From Ascidiaceihabitans sp. (lineage in GTDB: Bacteria; Pseudomonadota; Alphaproteobacteria; Rhodobacterales; Rhodobacteraceae), in the NCBI GenBank assembly GCA_028825475.1, contig JAPKAB010000009.1, positions 16,638-80,637 on the forward strand: a DNA stretch of 64,000 nt. The letters are read 5' to 3'. Below the pieces are notes generated by a model. That model was not told the DNA's origin. It made no database searches and saw nothing but the letters and a program-made list of their open reading frames with translations. This document shows, piece by piece, positions 1-8,337 of the stretch. A program made the position numbers and the translations under genes. Numbering within the stretch: position 1 is the stretch's first letter; the number at the start of each line of letters is the position of its first letter.

Positions 1-24
1 GCATTTTCTTCACAAGAGCCCAAT

Positions 25-489
25 TTAAGGTGCAATTGCCAACCTAAACGTGTCCGCCAATATGGCTGTCAGCGCATCAGCATCTGTTTGGGTGAATGCA
101 TCAGGTTGATCGCTATCAAGGTCAAACACCCCCAATAACACCCCATTTCCATTCACCACGGGCAAAACCAACTCAGACCGCGTTGAACTGGCGCAGGCGA
201 TATGACCAGGGAACGCATCAACGTCTGCCACCAGCTGAACCTCAAGGCTGCGTGCGGCTGCGCCACAAACACCCCGTGAAAACGGAATCACCAGACAACC
301 GTGCCCGCCCTGATAGGGGCCGATTTTCATCAACTCGGGTTCGGTCACACGATAGAACCCCGTCCAATCAAAACGGTCGTCACTGTGGTGCACTTCGCAG
401 GCAAACGTCGCCATCAGCGCAACGGTGTCTGTTTCGCCCTCAGCCAAAGACGCGATGGATTGGCTGAGGGACTTGTAATCAACTTGCAT
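25..489 (-). CDS. msrC: GAF-domain protein, free methionine-(R)-sulfoxide reductase family (YebR/MsrC-like)
   Basis: 154-aa ORF with a single GAF domain. Family-typical strings: WTGFYR, GPYQGGHGC, RGVCGAAA, FPGHIACASSTRSELVLPV. Confidence 0.7.
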   Translation of the reverse strand: MQVDYKSLSQSIASLAEGETDTVALMATFACEVHHSDDRFDWTGFYRVTEPELMKIGPYQGGHGCLVIPFSRGVCGAAARSLEVQLVADVDAFPGHIACASSTRSELVLPVVNGNGVLLGVFDLDSDQPDAFTQTDADALTAILADTFRLAIAP

Positions 490-513
490 GGTCTAACTTT
501 CAAATGGATCAGG

Positions 514-1686
514 TTAAGGGCGTTCAATCGCAATGGCAGTACCCTCGCCACCACCAATGCAAATCGCTGCGATACCACGTTTAAGGCCACATTTTTCCAG
601 CGCGTTTAGCAAGGTCACGATGATCCGCGCCCCAGATGCACCAATAGGATGGCCCAGCGCACAAGCGCCGCCATTTACGTTGACGATGTCATGGCTGATC
701 CCCATCTCGTGCATGAAGGCAAGAGGGACAACGGCAAAGGCCTCGTTCACTTCCCAAAGGTCCACGTCATCCTTGGACCATCCAATTTGCTCAAGCAGTT
801 TTTGCGCCGCGGGTACTGGGGCCGTGGTGAACAGGCCTGGGGCCTGAGCATGGCTGGCGTGCCCTTTGATGTGCGCACGAATGGTCATACCTTTGGCTTG
901 TGCAACGTCTTGCGCGGCCAGAACCAAGGCAGCAGCTCCATCAGAAATGGAGGATGAATTGGCAGCCGTTACAGTGCCCCCCTCACGAAACGCAGGTTTA
1001 AGCTGTGGGATTTTGTCCGGGCGCGCTTTGGCAGGTTGTTCATCTGTGCTGATGGTCACCATGCCTTTACGGCTTTTCATCTCAACCGGTGCTATCTCTT
1101 GATCGAAGGCGTCATTGCCCTGCGCCTCAATCGCGCGCGATAGGGACGCCAACGCATAATCATCTTGGATCTCGCGGGTAAATTGGAAAGCTTCGGCGCA
1201 ATCTTCTGCAAAGCTGCCCATCAGGCGGCCTTTGTCATAGGCGTCCTCTAAACCATCAAGGAACATGTGATCGATGACGCTGCCATGCCCAAGTCGCGCA
1301 CCGCCGCGCATTTTCTCAAGCAAGTACGGCGCGTTTGTCATGCTTTCCATGCCGCCCGCGATCATCACGTCCGTGTTGCCCAACGCAATCTGGTCATAGG
1401 CGATCATCGCAGCCTTCATGCCAGACCCGCACATCTTGTTCAGTGTAGTGGCAGGAACCTCTTCGCCCAAACCACCCTCAAATCCAGCTTGGCGCGCAGG
1501 TGCTTGACCCTGCCCCGCTGGCAAAACACAGCCCATCAGAACCTCATCCACCGTATCAGTTTGCGCCCCAGCAAGGGCCGCTTTGATAGCAGCACCACCC
1601 AATTGCGCGGCTGTCATTGGTGCAAAGTCACCTTGGAACCCACCCATTGGCGTGCGCGCTGCGCCTGCAATAACAACGTTTTTCAT
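514..1686 (-). CDS. acetyl-CoA C-acetyltransferase (thiolase II)
   Basis: Thiolase motifs: VIAGAARTPMGGF, LNKMCGSGMKA (active-site Cys), NVNGGACALGHPIGASGARI, CIGGGEGTA. Start moved to ATG 1686 (MKNVV), which has GGAG 8 nt upstream. The track start at 1719 adds 11 aa. Confidence 0.9.
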   Translation of the reverse strand: MKNVVIAGAARTPMGGFQGDFAPMTAAQLGGAAIKAALAGAQTDTVDEVLMGCVLPAGQGQAPARQAGFEGGLGEEVPATTLNKMCGSGMKAAMIAYDQIALGNTDVMIAGGMESMTNAPYLLEKMRGGARLGHGSVIDHMFLDGLEDAYDKGRLMGSFAEDCAEAFQFTREIQDDYALASLSRAIEAQGNDAFDQEIAPVEMKSRKGMVTISTDEQPAKARPDKIPQLKPAFREGGTVTAANSSSISDGAAALVLAAQDVAQAKGMTIRAHIKGHASHAQAPGLFTTAPVPAAQKLLEQIGWSKDDVDLWEVNEAFAVVPLAFMHEMGISHDIVNVNGGACALGHPIGASGARIIVTLLNALEKCGLKRGIAAICIGGGEGTAIAIERP

Positions 1687-1779
1687 AATAAGTGCTCCAA
1701 TATTCTTTGTCTTCGTCACCAGTTGGTAAGACTTTAGGCCTAGTTGTGTCAGCGTTCGTAGCGATCATAGGTGTATAGA

Positions 1780-2127
1780 ATGGAATTATCGACCAAAACT
1801 GAAGACCCTATTCTAATTGTGTCTGTGAATGATGACCGCATTGATGCAGCTGTTGCAATTGAATTCAAGGATGCGATGCGAACGGAAACTCTAGATGGAC
1901 CGAAAATTGTGGTCCTTGATTTAAGTGCTGTGAATTTCATCGACTCAAGCGGCCTAGGTGCCATTGTCGCCTCAATGAAACATATGGGGCAGGATCGAAC
2001 ATTGGCGTTGGCAGGGCTAACACCAACCGTTGATAAAGTGTTTCGTCTGACCCGAATGGATACCGTTTTCAGCCTGTTCGCGACTTTGGACGGTGCACTG
2101 GACGAACTATGCAATCGGCCCACTTGA
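1780..2127 (+). CDS. STAS-domain anti-sigma-factor antagonist (SpoIIAA/RsbV-like)
   Basis: About 115 aa. Has the conserved phosphorylatable-serine motif NFIDSSGLGAIV and a C-terminal LTPTVDKVFRLTRMDTVF typical of STAS antagonists. Start is ATG 1780 or GTG 1771. Confidence 0.8.
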   Translation: MELSTKTEDPILIVSVNDDRIDAAVAIEFKDAMRTETLDGPKIVVLDLSAVNFIDSSGLGAIVASMKHMGQDRTLALAGLTPTVDKVFRLTRMDTVFSLFATLDGALDELCNRPT

Positions 2128-2146
2128 TACTTAGGAGATTGTTCTG

Positions 2147-2605
2147 ATGTCCTCACAGCCTGCAACCCTTTGCGTGACGTTCAGTGTGATTAGCGGTGTG
2201 TTTGCAGCGCGCAAGGCATTGAGCAAACTGTTAGACGGCTTGGCCCCTTTGAATTTGGCGTCCGACGATACTGACAGCATCAAGATGGTACTGGCCGAGG
2301 TGCTCAACAATATTGTCGAACACGGTTACCCCAACCCACAAACTCCCGGGCCAATTGGCGTGCAATGCACATTGGTAGACAATGGGTTGGACATTGCACT
2401 GACAGATACTGGCCTACCGATGCCAAACGACGAACCGCCTATCGGCAACGCACCCAACACGGATGTCCAGTTTGTCGACTTACCTGAAGGTGGGTTTGGA
2501 TGGTTTCTGATTAAGATGTTTGCGCAAGACATTACCTACAAGCGATCAGGCGACATCAACACCTTATCATTCCACCTACCAATTCGCCTGACAATAAGTG
2601 CCTAA
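2147..2605 (+). CDS. anti-sigma regulatory factor, serine-protein kinase (SpoIIAB/RsbW-like, HATPase_c)
   Basis: N-box EVLNNIVEHGY, D-x-G box LTDTGLPMP, G-box EGGFGWFLI. GGAG lies 9 nt upstream of the ATG. The gene sits 20 nt downstream of the STAS gene. Confidence 0.8.
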   Translation: MSSQPATLCVTFSVISGVFAARKALSKLLDGLAPLNLASDDTDSIKMVLAEVLNNIVEHGYPNPQTPGPIGVQCTLVDNGLDIALTDTGLPMPNDEPPIGNAPNTDVQFVDLPEGGFGWFLIKMFAQDITYKRSGDINTLSFHLPIRLTISA

Positions 2606-2841
2606 CCGCACAGACGAGAAAATGCACCTTTCCCTAAAAGGGTCATAACCAAAACACAATTGTGCCCTGAATCAACGCCATACGGTTACTTGTAGCTGCA
2701 TAAAGCTTCCCTCGGCGTTGCGTATTCACGGCCCCCACCCAGTTCGCACCGCCGAGGCACTAACCCCCCTTTATCGCTGCTAGTGGACTTCCCCCACCCC
2801 GTCGCTAAGTTGCTAATCAAATGATTGGCAAAGGTTTCGAT

Positions 2842-4419
2842 ATGCGTGATTTCCAACTCCCCGGACGGTCCCCTGTTTTTGCAAGCAATGGAATGTGTGC
2901 CACGTCGCACCCCCTTGCCGCACAAGAAGCAATTAACATCCTAAAGGCGGGCGGCAACGCGATGGACGCCGCAATCGCAGGCGCCGTCTTATTGGGCATC
3001 TGCGAACCACAGATGACTGGGATCGGTGGCGACTGTTTCGTCCTATATTCCCCGGCTGGCAGCAATGAAGTTCATGCCATCAACGGATCAGGTCGCGCGC
3101 CGGCTGCATTGGACAGCGCAACCTTGCGCAATGAGGGCCATGCAACCGTACCTCTGAACAGCGCCCATGCCGTTACTGTTCCAACCGCAATCGATGCGTT
3201 TTGCAATCTCTCTGAACAGGTCGGTAAACTGGGCCTTGATCGCATTTTGGCACCTGCCATTCATTACGCAGATGCCGGCGTTCCGGTGGCACCACGCGTC
3301 GCATTTGACTGGGCCAATGACGCGGGCACTTTGCAAGGCTCAGCGCGCGATAAGTATTTGTTTGATGGCAAAGCGCCAACAGTTGGGCAAATTTTCCGCT
3401 CACCGGGTCAAGCAGAGGTACTGCGCCGTATCGCCAAAGATGGCCGCGATGCGTTTTACACAGGTGAAATCGCAGAGGACATGCTGTCCAGCCTTACCGC
3501 AGCTGGTGGCGTCCACACTGCCGCAGATTTCGCAAATGCAGCCAGCGATGAAACAACGCCTATCGGTGGCAATTACAAAGACATCGAAGTGGTTGAGCAC
3601 CCACCAAACGGCCAAGGTGCCACTGCGTTGTTGATGCTAAATATCTTGTCGCACTTTGACATTGCGTCGATGGATCCCTTCGGCTCCCAACGTGCCCATG
3701 TTGAGGCAGAAGCGGCCAAGCTGGCCTATGACGCACGCAATCGGTTCTTGGCTGATCCAGAACACACCACGCGCGTCGACCATATGCTGTCTGCAGAAAC
3801 CGCATCCAAGTTGGCAGCGCTGATTGATCTAAAACGCGCGATGCAAGCTGCCGCACCGCTAACCGAATCCGTTCATAAGGATACGATTTATATTACTGTA
3901 GTAGATCGCGATGGTATGGCGGTTTCATTGATCTATTCCATCTTCCACGGCTTCGGATCAGGCATCGGGTCTGAGAAGTTCGGCATACTTATGCAAAACC
4001 GTGGTGCCGGTTTTACCTTGGAACAAGGTCACGCGAATGAACTAAAGGGCGGTAAACGTCCGATGCACACAATCATTCCCGGAATGATCCGCCAGAACGG
4101 CAAACCGATCATGCCGTTTGGTGTGATGGGGGGGGCATATCAACCCAATGGTCACGCGCGCTTTGCCAGTAATCTAACCGATTTCGGGATGGATCCACAA
4201 AGCGCAATCGACGCGCCACGTGCCTTTAGCGATGCAGGTAATATGAAGGTCGAACGCGGCTACTCAGATGCCGTGCGCCAAGAGCTAACTGACCTAGGCC
4301 ACAACGTCAGCGTTCCAGACACAGCAATCGGCGGGGGCCAAGCGATTTTGATCCGCGAAGATGGCGTGCTTGAGGGAGCCAGTGATGCGCGTAAAGATGG
4401 CTGTGCATTAGGATACTAA
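2842..4419 (+). CDS. ggt: gamma-glutamyltransferase family protein
   Basis: GGT-family strings: GIGGDCFVLYSP, autoprocessing-Thr region HKDTIYITVVDRDG, PFGVMGGAYQPNG. Start is ambiguous (ATG 2821 or ATG 2842). 2842 has AAGG upstream. Confidence 0.85.
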   Translation: MRDFQLPGRSPVFASNGMCATSHPLAAQEAINILKAGGNAMDAAIAGAVLLGICEPQMTGIGGDCFVLYSPAGSNEVHAINGSGRAPAALDSATLRNEGHATVPLNSAHAVTVPTAIDAFCNLSEQVGKLGLDRILAPAIHYADAGVPVAPRVAFDWANDAGTLQGSARDKYLFDGKAPTVGQIFRSPGQAEVLRRIAKDGRDAFYTGEIAEDMLSSLTAAGGVHTAADFANAASDETTPIGGNYKDIEVVEHPPNGQGATALLMLNILSHFDIASMDPFGSQRAHVEAEAAKLAYDARNRFLADPEHTTRVDHMLSAETASKLAALIDLKRAMQAAAPLTESVHKDTIYITVVDRDGMAVSLIYSIFHGFGSGIGSEKFGILMQNRGAGFTLEQGHANELKGGKRPMHTIIPGMIRQNGKPIMPFGVMGGAYQPNGHARFASNLTDFGMDPQSAIDAPRAFSDAGNMKVERGYSDAVRQELTDLGHNVSVPDTAIGGGQAILIREDGVLEGASDARKDGCALGY

Positions 4420-4425
4420 ACGAAC

Positions 4426-4444
4426 GGTGGGCCATTGGCCCGCC
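4426..4444. terminator. GC-rich hairpin between convergent ggt and hspQ
   Basis: ggtgggcc-att-ggcccgcc gives an 8-bp stem with one G-T pair. The T-run is weak (gttcgttt on the minus strand). Confidence 0.35.
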
Positions 4445-4451
4445 GAACACC

Positions 4452-4778
4452 CTAGTTCATTTGGAAATGCAGAGGATATGTGCCGTCTTGGAACGGACCA
4501 AACAAGTCGGGAATATCAGGGTGATCCACCGGTTCGCCAGAATAATCAGCCAAAAGGTTCTGTTCCGACACGTAAGCCACATAATAGCTTTGGTCGTTTT
4601 CAGCCAAAAGGTGGTAGTACGGCTGTTCTTTGATCGGGCGGCTTTCCTCAGGAATAGCCTCGTACCAATCATCCGTATTTGCGAATTGAGGATCGACGTC
4701 AAATATCACACCCCGAAAGGGATGCTTCTTGTGCCGGACAACTTGTCCCAAATGATATTTTGCACGAATTCTTAGCAT
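4452..4778 (-). CDS. hspQ: heat-shock protein HspQ (YccV hemimethylated-DNA-binding domain)
   Basis: AKYHLGQVVRHKKHPFRGVIFDVDP...QPYYHLLAEND...YVSEQNL matches the HspQ/YccV family over its full length. Start taken at MLRIRAKY (4778). Confidence 0.85.
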   Translation of the reverse strand: MLRIRAKYHLGQVVRHKKHPFRGVIFDVDPQFANTDDWYEAIPEESRPIKEQPYYHLLAENDQSYYVAYVSEQNLLADYSGEPVDHPDIPDLFGPFQDGTYPLHFQMN

Positions 4779-4862
4779 AACATTGCAGCCCCTATCGCTC
4801 GTTAGTAGACGTTGCAAGGGACCTTTGTCCAATTTTTGAAGCCTTTTTTTAGGAAACAGTCT

Positions 4863-5744
4863 GTGGCCCTTATCTTAACAGTCCTCGAGATCGTCGCTCC
4901 GGTTTTCCTTTTGGCAACCGTTGGTTTTACTTGGGTCAAGCTAGGCTTTGAATATCGTATTCAATTTGTGACCCAATTGGCGATGACCCTATCAGTGCCC
5001 TGCCTGATTTTTGTGTCCCTAATGCAGGCAGAAATGGACCCAAGCGCGTTAACCGCACTGACGCTTGCATCCTTCGCGGCCTATGTTGGCGTCACGCTGG
5101 TGGTATGGCTGTGCTGCAAGATTGGCCGCCTCAACACGCGCACCTACATGGCACCGTTGATCTTCGGGAACACCGGAAATTTGGGCCTACCCCTCGCGCT
5201 ATTCGCATTTGGCGAAGCAGGCTTAAGCAACGCAATTGTTGTTTTCGCCGTTATGGCGATCTTGTCTTTTACCTTCGGTATCTGGCTGGTTTCTGGTGAG
5301 GGTGCTTTGGGGAAAGTGGTGCGTGAACCGTTGGTGGCCGCCACTCTATTAGGTGCATTGTTCCTATGGCAAGGATGGGAAACACCCCTATTCCTGACCA
5401 ACACGCTGTCCTTGATCGGTCAAATTGCGATTCCAATCATGTTGATCACATTGGGCGTTGCGGTCGCCCGTCTTAGCCCTCGGGGACTGGGCAAAGCAGC
5501 GTTCCTATCACTGATAAAACTGATCATTTGCACAGCCGTTGCCTGGGTCGTTGCAGACTATTTCGCCCTCAGCCACATCGCCTTCGGTGTGTTGGTCATT
5601 CAAATCGCAACACCTGTCGCAGTGACCTCATATTTATTGGCTGAAAAATACGGTGCCGATTCTGATGCGGTTGCCGGATTGGTTGTGACATCTACATTAA
5701 TGGCTGTCGGCGCTTTGCCGCTAATCTTGGCAGTGCTGTTATAG
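4863..5744 (+). CDS. AEC (auxin efflux carrier) family transporter
   Basis: Polytopic membrane protein of about 293 aa. The N-terminal LEIVAPVFLL and GNTGNLGLPL motifs are typical of the AEC family. A GTG start at 4863 avoids overlap with hspQ. Confidence 0.8.
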   Translation: MALILTVLEIVAPVFLLATVGFTWVKLGFEYRIQFVTQLAMTLSVPCLIFVSLMQAEMDPSALTALTLASFAAYVGVTLVVWLCCKIGRLNTRTYMAPLIFGNTGNLGLPLALFAFGEAGLSNAIVVFAVMAILSFTFGIWLVSGEGALGKVVREPLVAATLLGALFLWQGWETPLFLTNTLSLIGQIAIPIMLITLGVAVARLSPRGLGKAAFLSLIKLIICTAVAWVVADYFALSHIAFGVLVIQIATPVAVTSYLLAEKYGADSDAVAGLVVTSTLMAVGALPLILAVLL

Positions 5745-5747
5745 AAA

Positions 5748-5775
5748 CCTGATTTCCCAAATTGGAAAAATCAGG
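5748..5775 (+). terminator. hairpin downstream of AEC transporter gene
   Basis: cctgattt ... aaatcagg forms an 8-bp stem with an inner ccaa/ttgg stem. No T-run follows, so its role as a terminator is uncertain. Confidence 0.3.
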
Positions 5776-5813
5776 TAGAGTTCCAAAAAACGAAGATAAA
5801 AAACGGCAGGCAT

Positions 5814-6422
5814 ATGAAAAAATCTATCGGCGCGATGATATTAGTTCTAGCGGTCGCTTCGTGCGGCGGCACAGGTGGCGGTGGCGGGTCTTCGAACGCA
5901 CCAAGTAATTTGGACAACGCATGTTCCATCGTCCAAGAACGCCCACAGTATCTACGCGCGTTTCGTGCGGCTGAACGCAAATGGAACGTCCCCGTGCACG
6001 TTTTGATGGCTGTGATTTATCAAGAGAGCAAATTCAAAAGCAACGCGCGACCACCCTTCCGTTATGCGGCTGGTGTTGTACCTGTGGGGCGCCAATCAAG
6101 TGCTCTTGGGTATTCCCAAGCCTTGGATGCGACATGGAAAGAATACCAAGTCGCCACAGGAAGCCGTTCGGCGCGCAGAACAAATATCAAAGATGCTTCC
6201 GATTTTATGGGTTGGTACATGAACGTTACGAAAAGACGTAACGGCGTTTCCCTGAGTGATGCACGCAACCAATACTTTGCCTACCACGATGGCCATACTG
6301 GCTTTTCTCGCGGGACGTACAAAAATAAAGCGTGGTTGGTTCGTATCGCGGGTGAGGTTTCGTCACGCGCAAACACGTACAGAAGTCAGCTCGCCAACTG
6401 CGGAAGCCGCTGGCGCGCCTAA
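5814..6422 (+). CDS. lipoprotein with SLT-like lytic transglycosylase domain
   Basis: Lipobox LAVASCGG. Also LMAVIYQESKFKSNA (catalytic-Glu context of family-1 transglycosylases) and ALGYSQAL. Confidence 0.6.
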   Translation: MKKSIGAMILVLAVASCGGTGGGGGSSNAPSNLDNACSIVQERPQYLRAFRAAERKWNVPVHVLMAVIYQESKFKSNARPPFRYAAGVVPVGRQSSALGYSQALDATWKEYQVATGSRSARRTNIKDASDFMGWYMNVTKRRNGVSLSDARNQYFAYHDGHTGFSRGTYKNKAWLVRIAGEVSSRANTYRSQLANCGSRWRA

Positions 6423-6426
6423 ACTC

Positions 6427-7002
6427 TTATTGCGGATCAATTTCGAACAGTCCGTTCGCAAGTGTACCACCTTTAATCAACTCACCTAAAACAACGGTCG
6501 AACGGCCGCCATTGGCGTCGTTCACCACCCATTGGCGCAGCTCAACTGGGTTGCTCGTGAACTTCAGTTCAATGTTACCGTATTCAGGGTTCTTTGGATC
6601 TTGAGCCCGCACAATTGTGGCTGTGCCATCGTAGTCGTGGCCAACAACCATTTTCGCCTGACCAAGGTCGACATTGCGCGCCAAAATCAATGAAAGCGGC
6701 GTGCGTCTTAGGGCATAGGATTCAGGTGGCTGGTTCGATTTCTTATCGTAAATCTTAATGGATCCACTGCTCGCCAACACCAATGCATCGTCATACTCAA
6801 ACCGCATGCGACCTGGTCGCTTGATGAAAATTTTACCTATAGAAGTTGTACCATCATCGTTAATCTGTGTGAAATCACCAGATGCCGTTTTCAAGTCGTT
6901 CAAGAAATTCGAGATTTCATTCAACGACAACTTATCTGCGCTGGCAACAGTTGCGAGGCCCATGAATGTAGCGGCAATAAATGATTTAAAAACGTATGAC
7001 AT
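6427..7002 (-). CDS. lolA: outer-membrane lipoprotein carrier protein LolA
   Basis: Signal peptide, then FTQINDDGTTSIGKIFIKRPGRMRFEY, which is typical of LolA. Lies downstream of ftsK as in most proteobacteria. Confidence 0.85.
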   Translation of the reverse strand: MSYVFKSFIAATFMGLATVASADKLSLNEISNFLNDLKTASGDFTQINDDGTTSIGKIFIKRPGRMRFEYDDALVLASSGSIKIYDKKSNQPPESYALRRTPLSLILARNVDLGQAKMVVGHDYDGTATIVRAQDPKNPEYGNIELKFTSNPVELRQWVVNDANGGRSTVVLGELIKGGTLANGLFEIDPQ

Positions 7003-7013
7003 GTTTTGTGGTC

Positions 7014-7048
7014 CTGCTTATTCTTGTTATGAAGCAAGATATAAGCAG
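7014..7048 (-). other. 13-bp stem hairpin between the mosaic ORF and lolA
   Basis: ctgcttattcttg / caagatataagcag, with one bulge and an 8-nt loop. It ends 12 nt upstream of the lolA ATG. No U-run follows. Confidence 0.4.
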
Positions 7049-7095
7049 TCTGGTCATGTTATGCGATATCAAAGGCGATAAATCGCGCAATCGCA

Positions 7096-8337
7096 TCAAT
7101 TTCCGACACTAGAGGTCGCCCCATAAAAATTCGGAATCGCTTGTGACATCGCCCGATCCCAACGGGTGACAGGTTGTTCCGCTACAAAAATAATATCCTT
7201 TGGGCGCAACTGAAAATCAGCGGCATAAACCAAATCAATCGCATTGATTGCATCGAGATGCCACGCCGTGATCCCCCTAAATTCTTCATCTTTGGTTGGG
7301 CCACGCAGAACATAGATCTGCGATACATCCCCCGTTCCGGGCGCAATACCACCGGCATCAAACAGCGCGTCAGCTAGCACCGCTTGCTCCGCGAACGGAA
7401 GCGCGAAACGCGATTGCACTCCAACCTCTCCCGTCAAATAAACGTAGTCAGGCTTGTGCGCCCCTAGGCTTTGCGCTTTGAGGAAATTCTCGCGTTGGTC
7501 ACTTTGTCGATCCCTTAGCAGCGTGACTTCTGCTTGCAACGCTTCAAGCGCTGCTTGACGTGACCGTTGCCGTGTTTCGATCAAAAGCAATTGCTGTTGA
7601 AAGTACTTTTGGGCCGCCTCAATGTCTGAACCAAGATCAACAAAAATGGCATCTCCGTCCAGCAACCGCACTTTCACCTGACCCGATTTGGAATAAAGAT
7701 GAGACAACGATATCTGATACAACTGGCCATCAAGAAACCATGTATCCACAATCGCCTGACACATCGCCAAATCCTCGGCTTTAGGCAATTCACTATAGCT
7801 CCCCTCAGCCGTCAGCACATCGGTTCGAAACAAACGCTTCACTGAACTTACAGGCGCTGAATAGGTAGCACCTACATTTGACCAGCTTACTGAAAAGGGA
7901 CCCGCCCGATATCGAACTGCACCACCCCAGCCAACGATCGCGACTGGTTGGTTCGGTTCATTCTTGCCGTTGCGGGTAAATGCACTTTCCTCATATTGGC
8001 CCGCCTTAACCAGCACACGGTATGCGCCACCCGTCGCGTTACCAGTGGCAAATGCACCGTAGATCGTGCGTTTAGGCGCGCTGAAATCGCCATCATAAGC
8101 GCCCAGACCGTTGTTGCTATCATCACCGGTAGCGCTATCCACATGAACAGTAGTGCCGGTCCAGATCTGTGGGTCGACCAAATCGCGTGGACTTAGGGTT
8201 GAGGTGAAATCAGTCCCCCTGAGTTTCACACCCATTGGGAACCGAATTTGATCCCATGCAAAACCACTTGGAAAACCCAGCACCTCAACCCCAGAGCCCC
8301 GATACTGGGGCTGTATACCCACACCAGCCCCCAACAT
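7096..8337 (-). CDS. mosaic hypothetical protein: fibre/tailspike-like beta-helix N-terminus + coiled coil + SLBB (polysaccharide-export type) C-terminus; possible GTA head-spike fibre (GhsB-like)
   Basis: 413 aa with no signal peptide. aa 60-125 (TGTTVHVDSATGDDSNNG...APKRTIYGAFA...AYRVLVKAGQYEES) resembles the N-terminal cap of pectate-lyase-fold tailspikes. aa 240-290 is heptad-rich (AAQKYFQQQLLLIETRQRSRQAALEALQAEVTLLRDRQ). aa 296-390 (YVYLTGEVGVQSRFALPFAEQAVLADALFDAGGIAPG...IYVLRG...LRPKDIIFVAEQP) matches the SLBB pattern of Wza-like exporters. The start overlaps the upstream ORF's stop (TAATG). Confidence 0.45.
   Translation of the reverse strand: MLGAGVGIQPQYRGSGVEVLGFPSGFAWDQIRFPMGVKLRGTDFTSTLSPRDLVDPQIWTGTTVHVDSATGDDSNNGLGAYDGDFSAPKRTIYGAFATGNATGGAYRVLVKAGQYEESAFTRNGKNEPNQPVAIVGWGGAVRYRAGPFSVSWSNVGATYSAPVSSVKRLFRTDVLTAEGSYSELPKAEDLAMCQAIVDTWFLDGQLYQISLSHLYSKSGQVKVRLLDGDAIFVDLGSDIEAAQKYFQQQLLLIETRQRSRQAALEALQAEVTLLRDRQSDQRENFLKAQSLGAHKPDYVYLTGEVGVQSRFALPFAEQAVLADALFDAGGIAPGTGDVSQIYVLRGPTKDEEFRGITAWHLDAINAIDLVYAADFQLRPKDIIFVAEQPVTRWDRAMSQAIPNFYGATSSVGN

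Noticed and set aside
4779-4862. An RpoH-type heat-shock promoter upstream of hspQ (CTTG-N17-CGATAG).
   Set aside because: The -10-like element does not match the alphaproteobacterial RpoH consensus. It would also leave almost no 5' UTR, so this is a speculative pattern match only.
7058-7077. Candidate flanking direct repeats of the ftsK-lolA insert (gttatgcgatatcaaaggcg at 7058 versus gtttatgcatcgttaaggca at 8651).
   Set aside because: Only about 14 of 20 positions match and two gaps are needed. This is within what chance allows for two roughly 100-bp AT-rich spacers, so it is not evidence of an att-type duplication.
7096-8337. A compositional break between the two halves of the mosaic ORF.
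   Set aside because: I hand-counted GC in 60-nt blocks and got roughly 54% for nt 7741-8337 and roughly 51% for nt 7141-7740, with large block-to-block scatter. The difference is not significant, so composition neither supports nor refutes a fusion.
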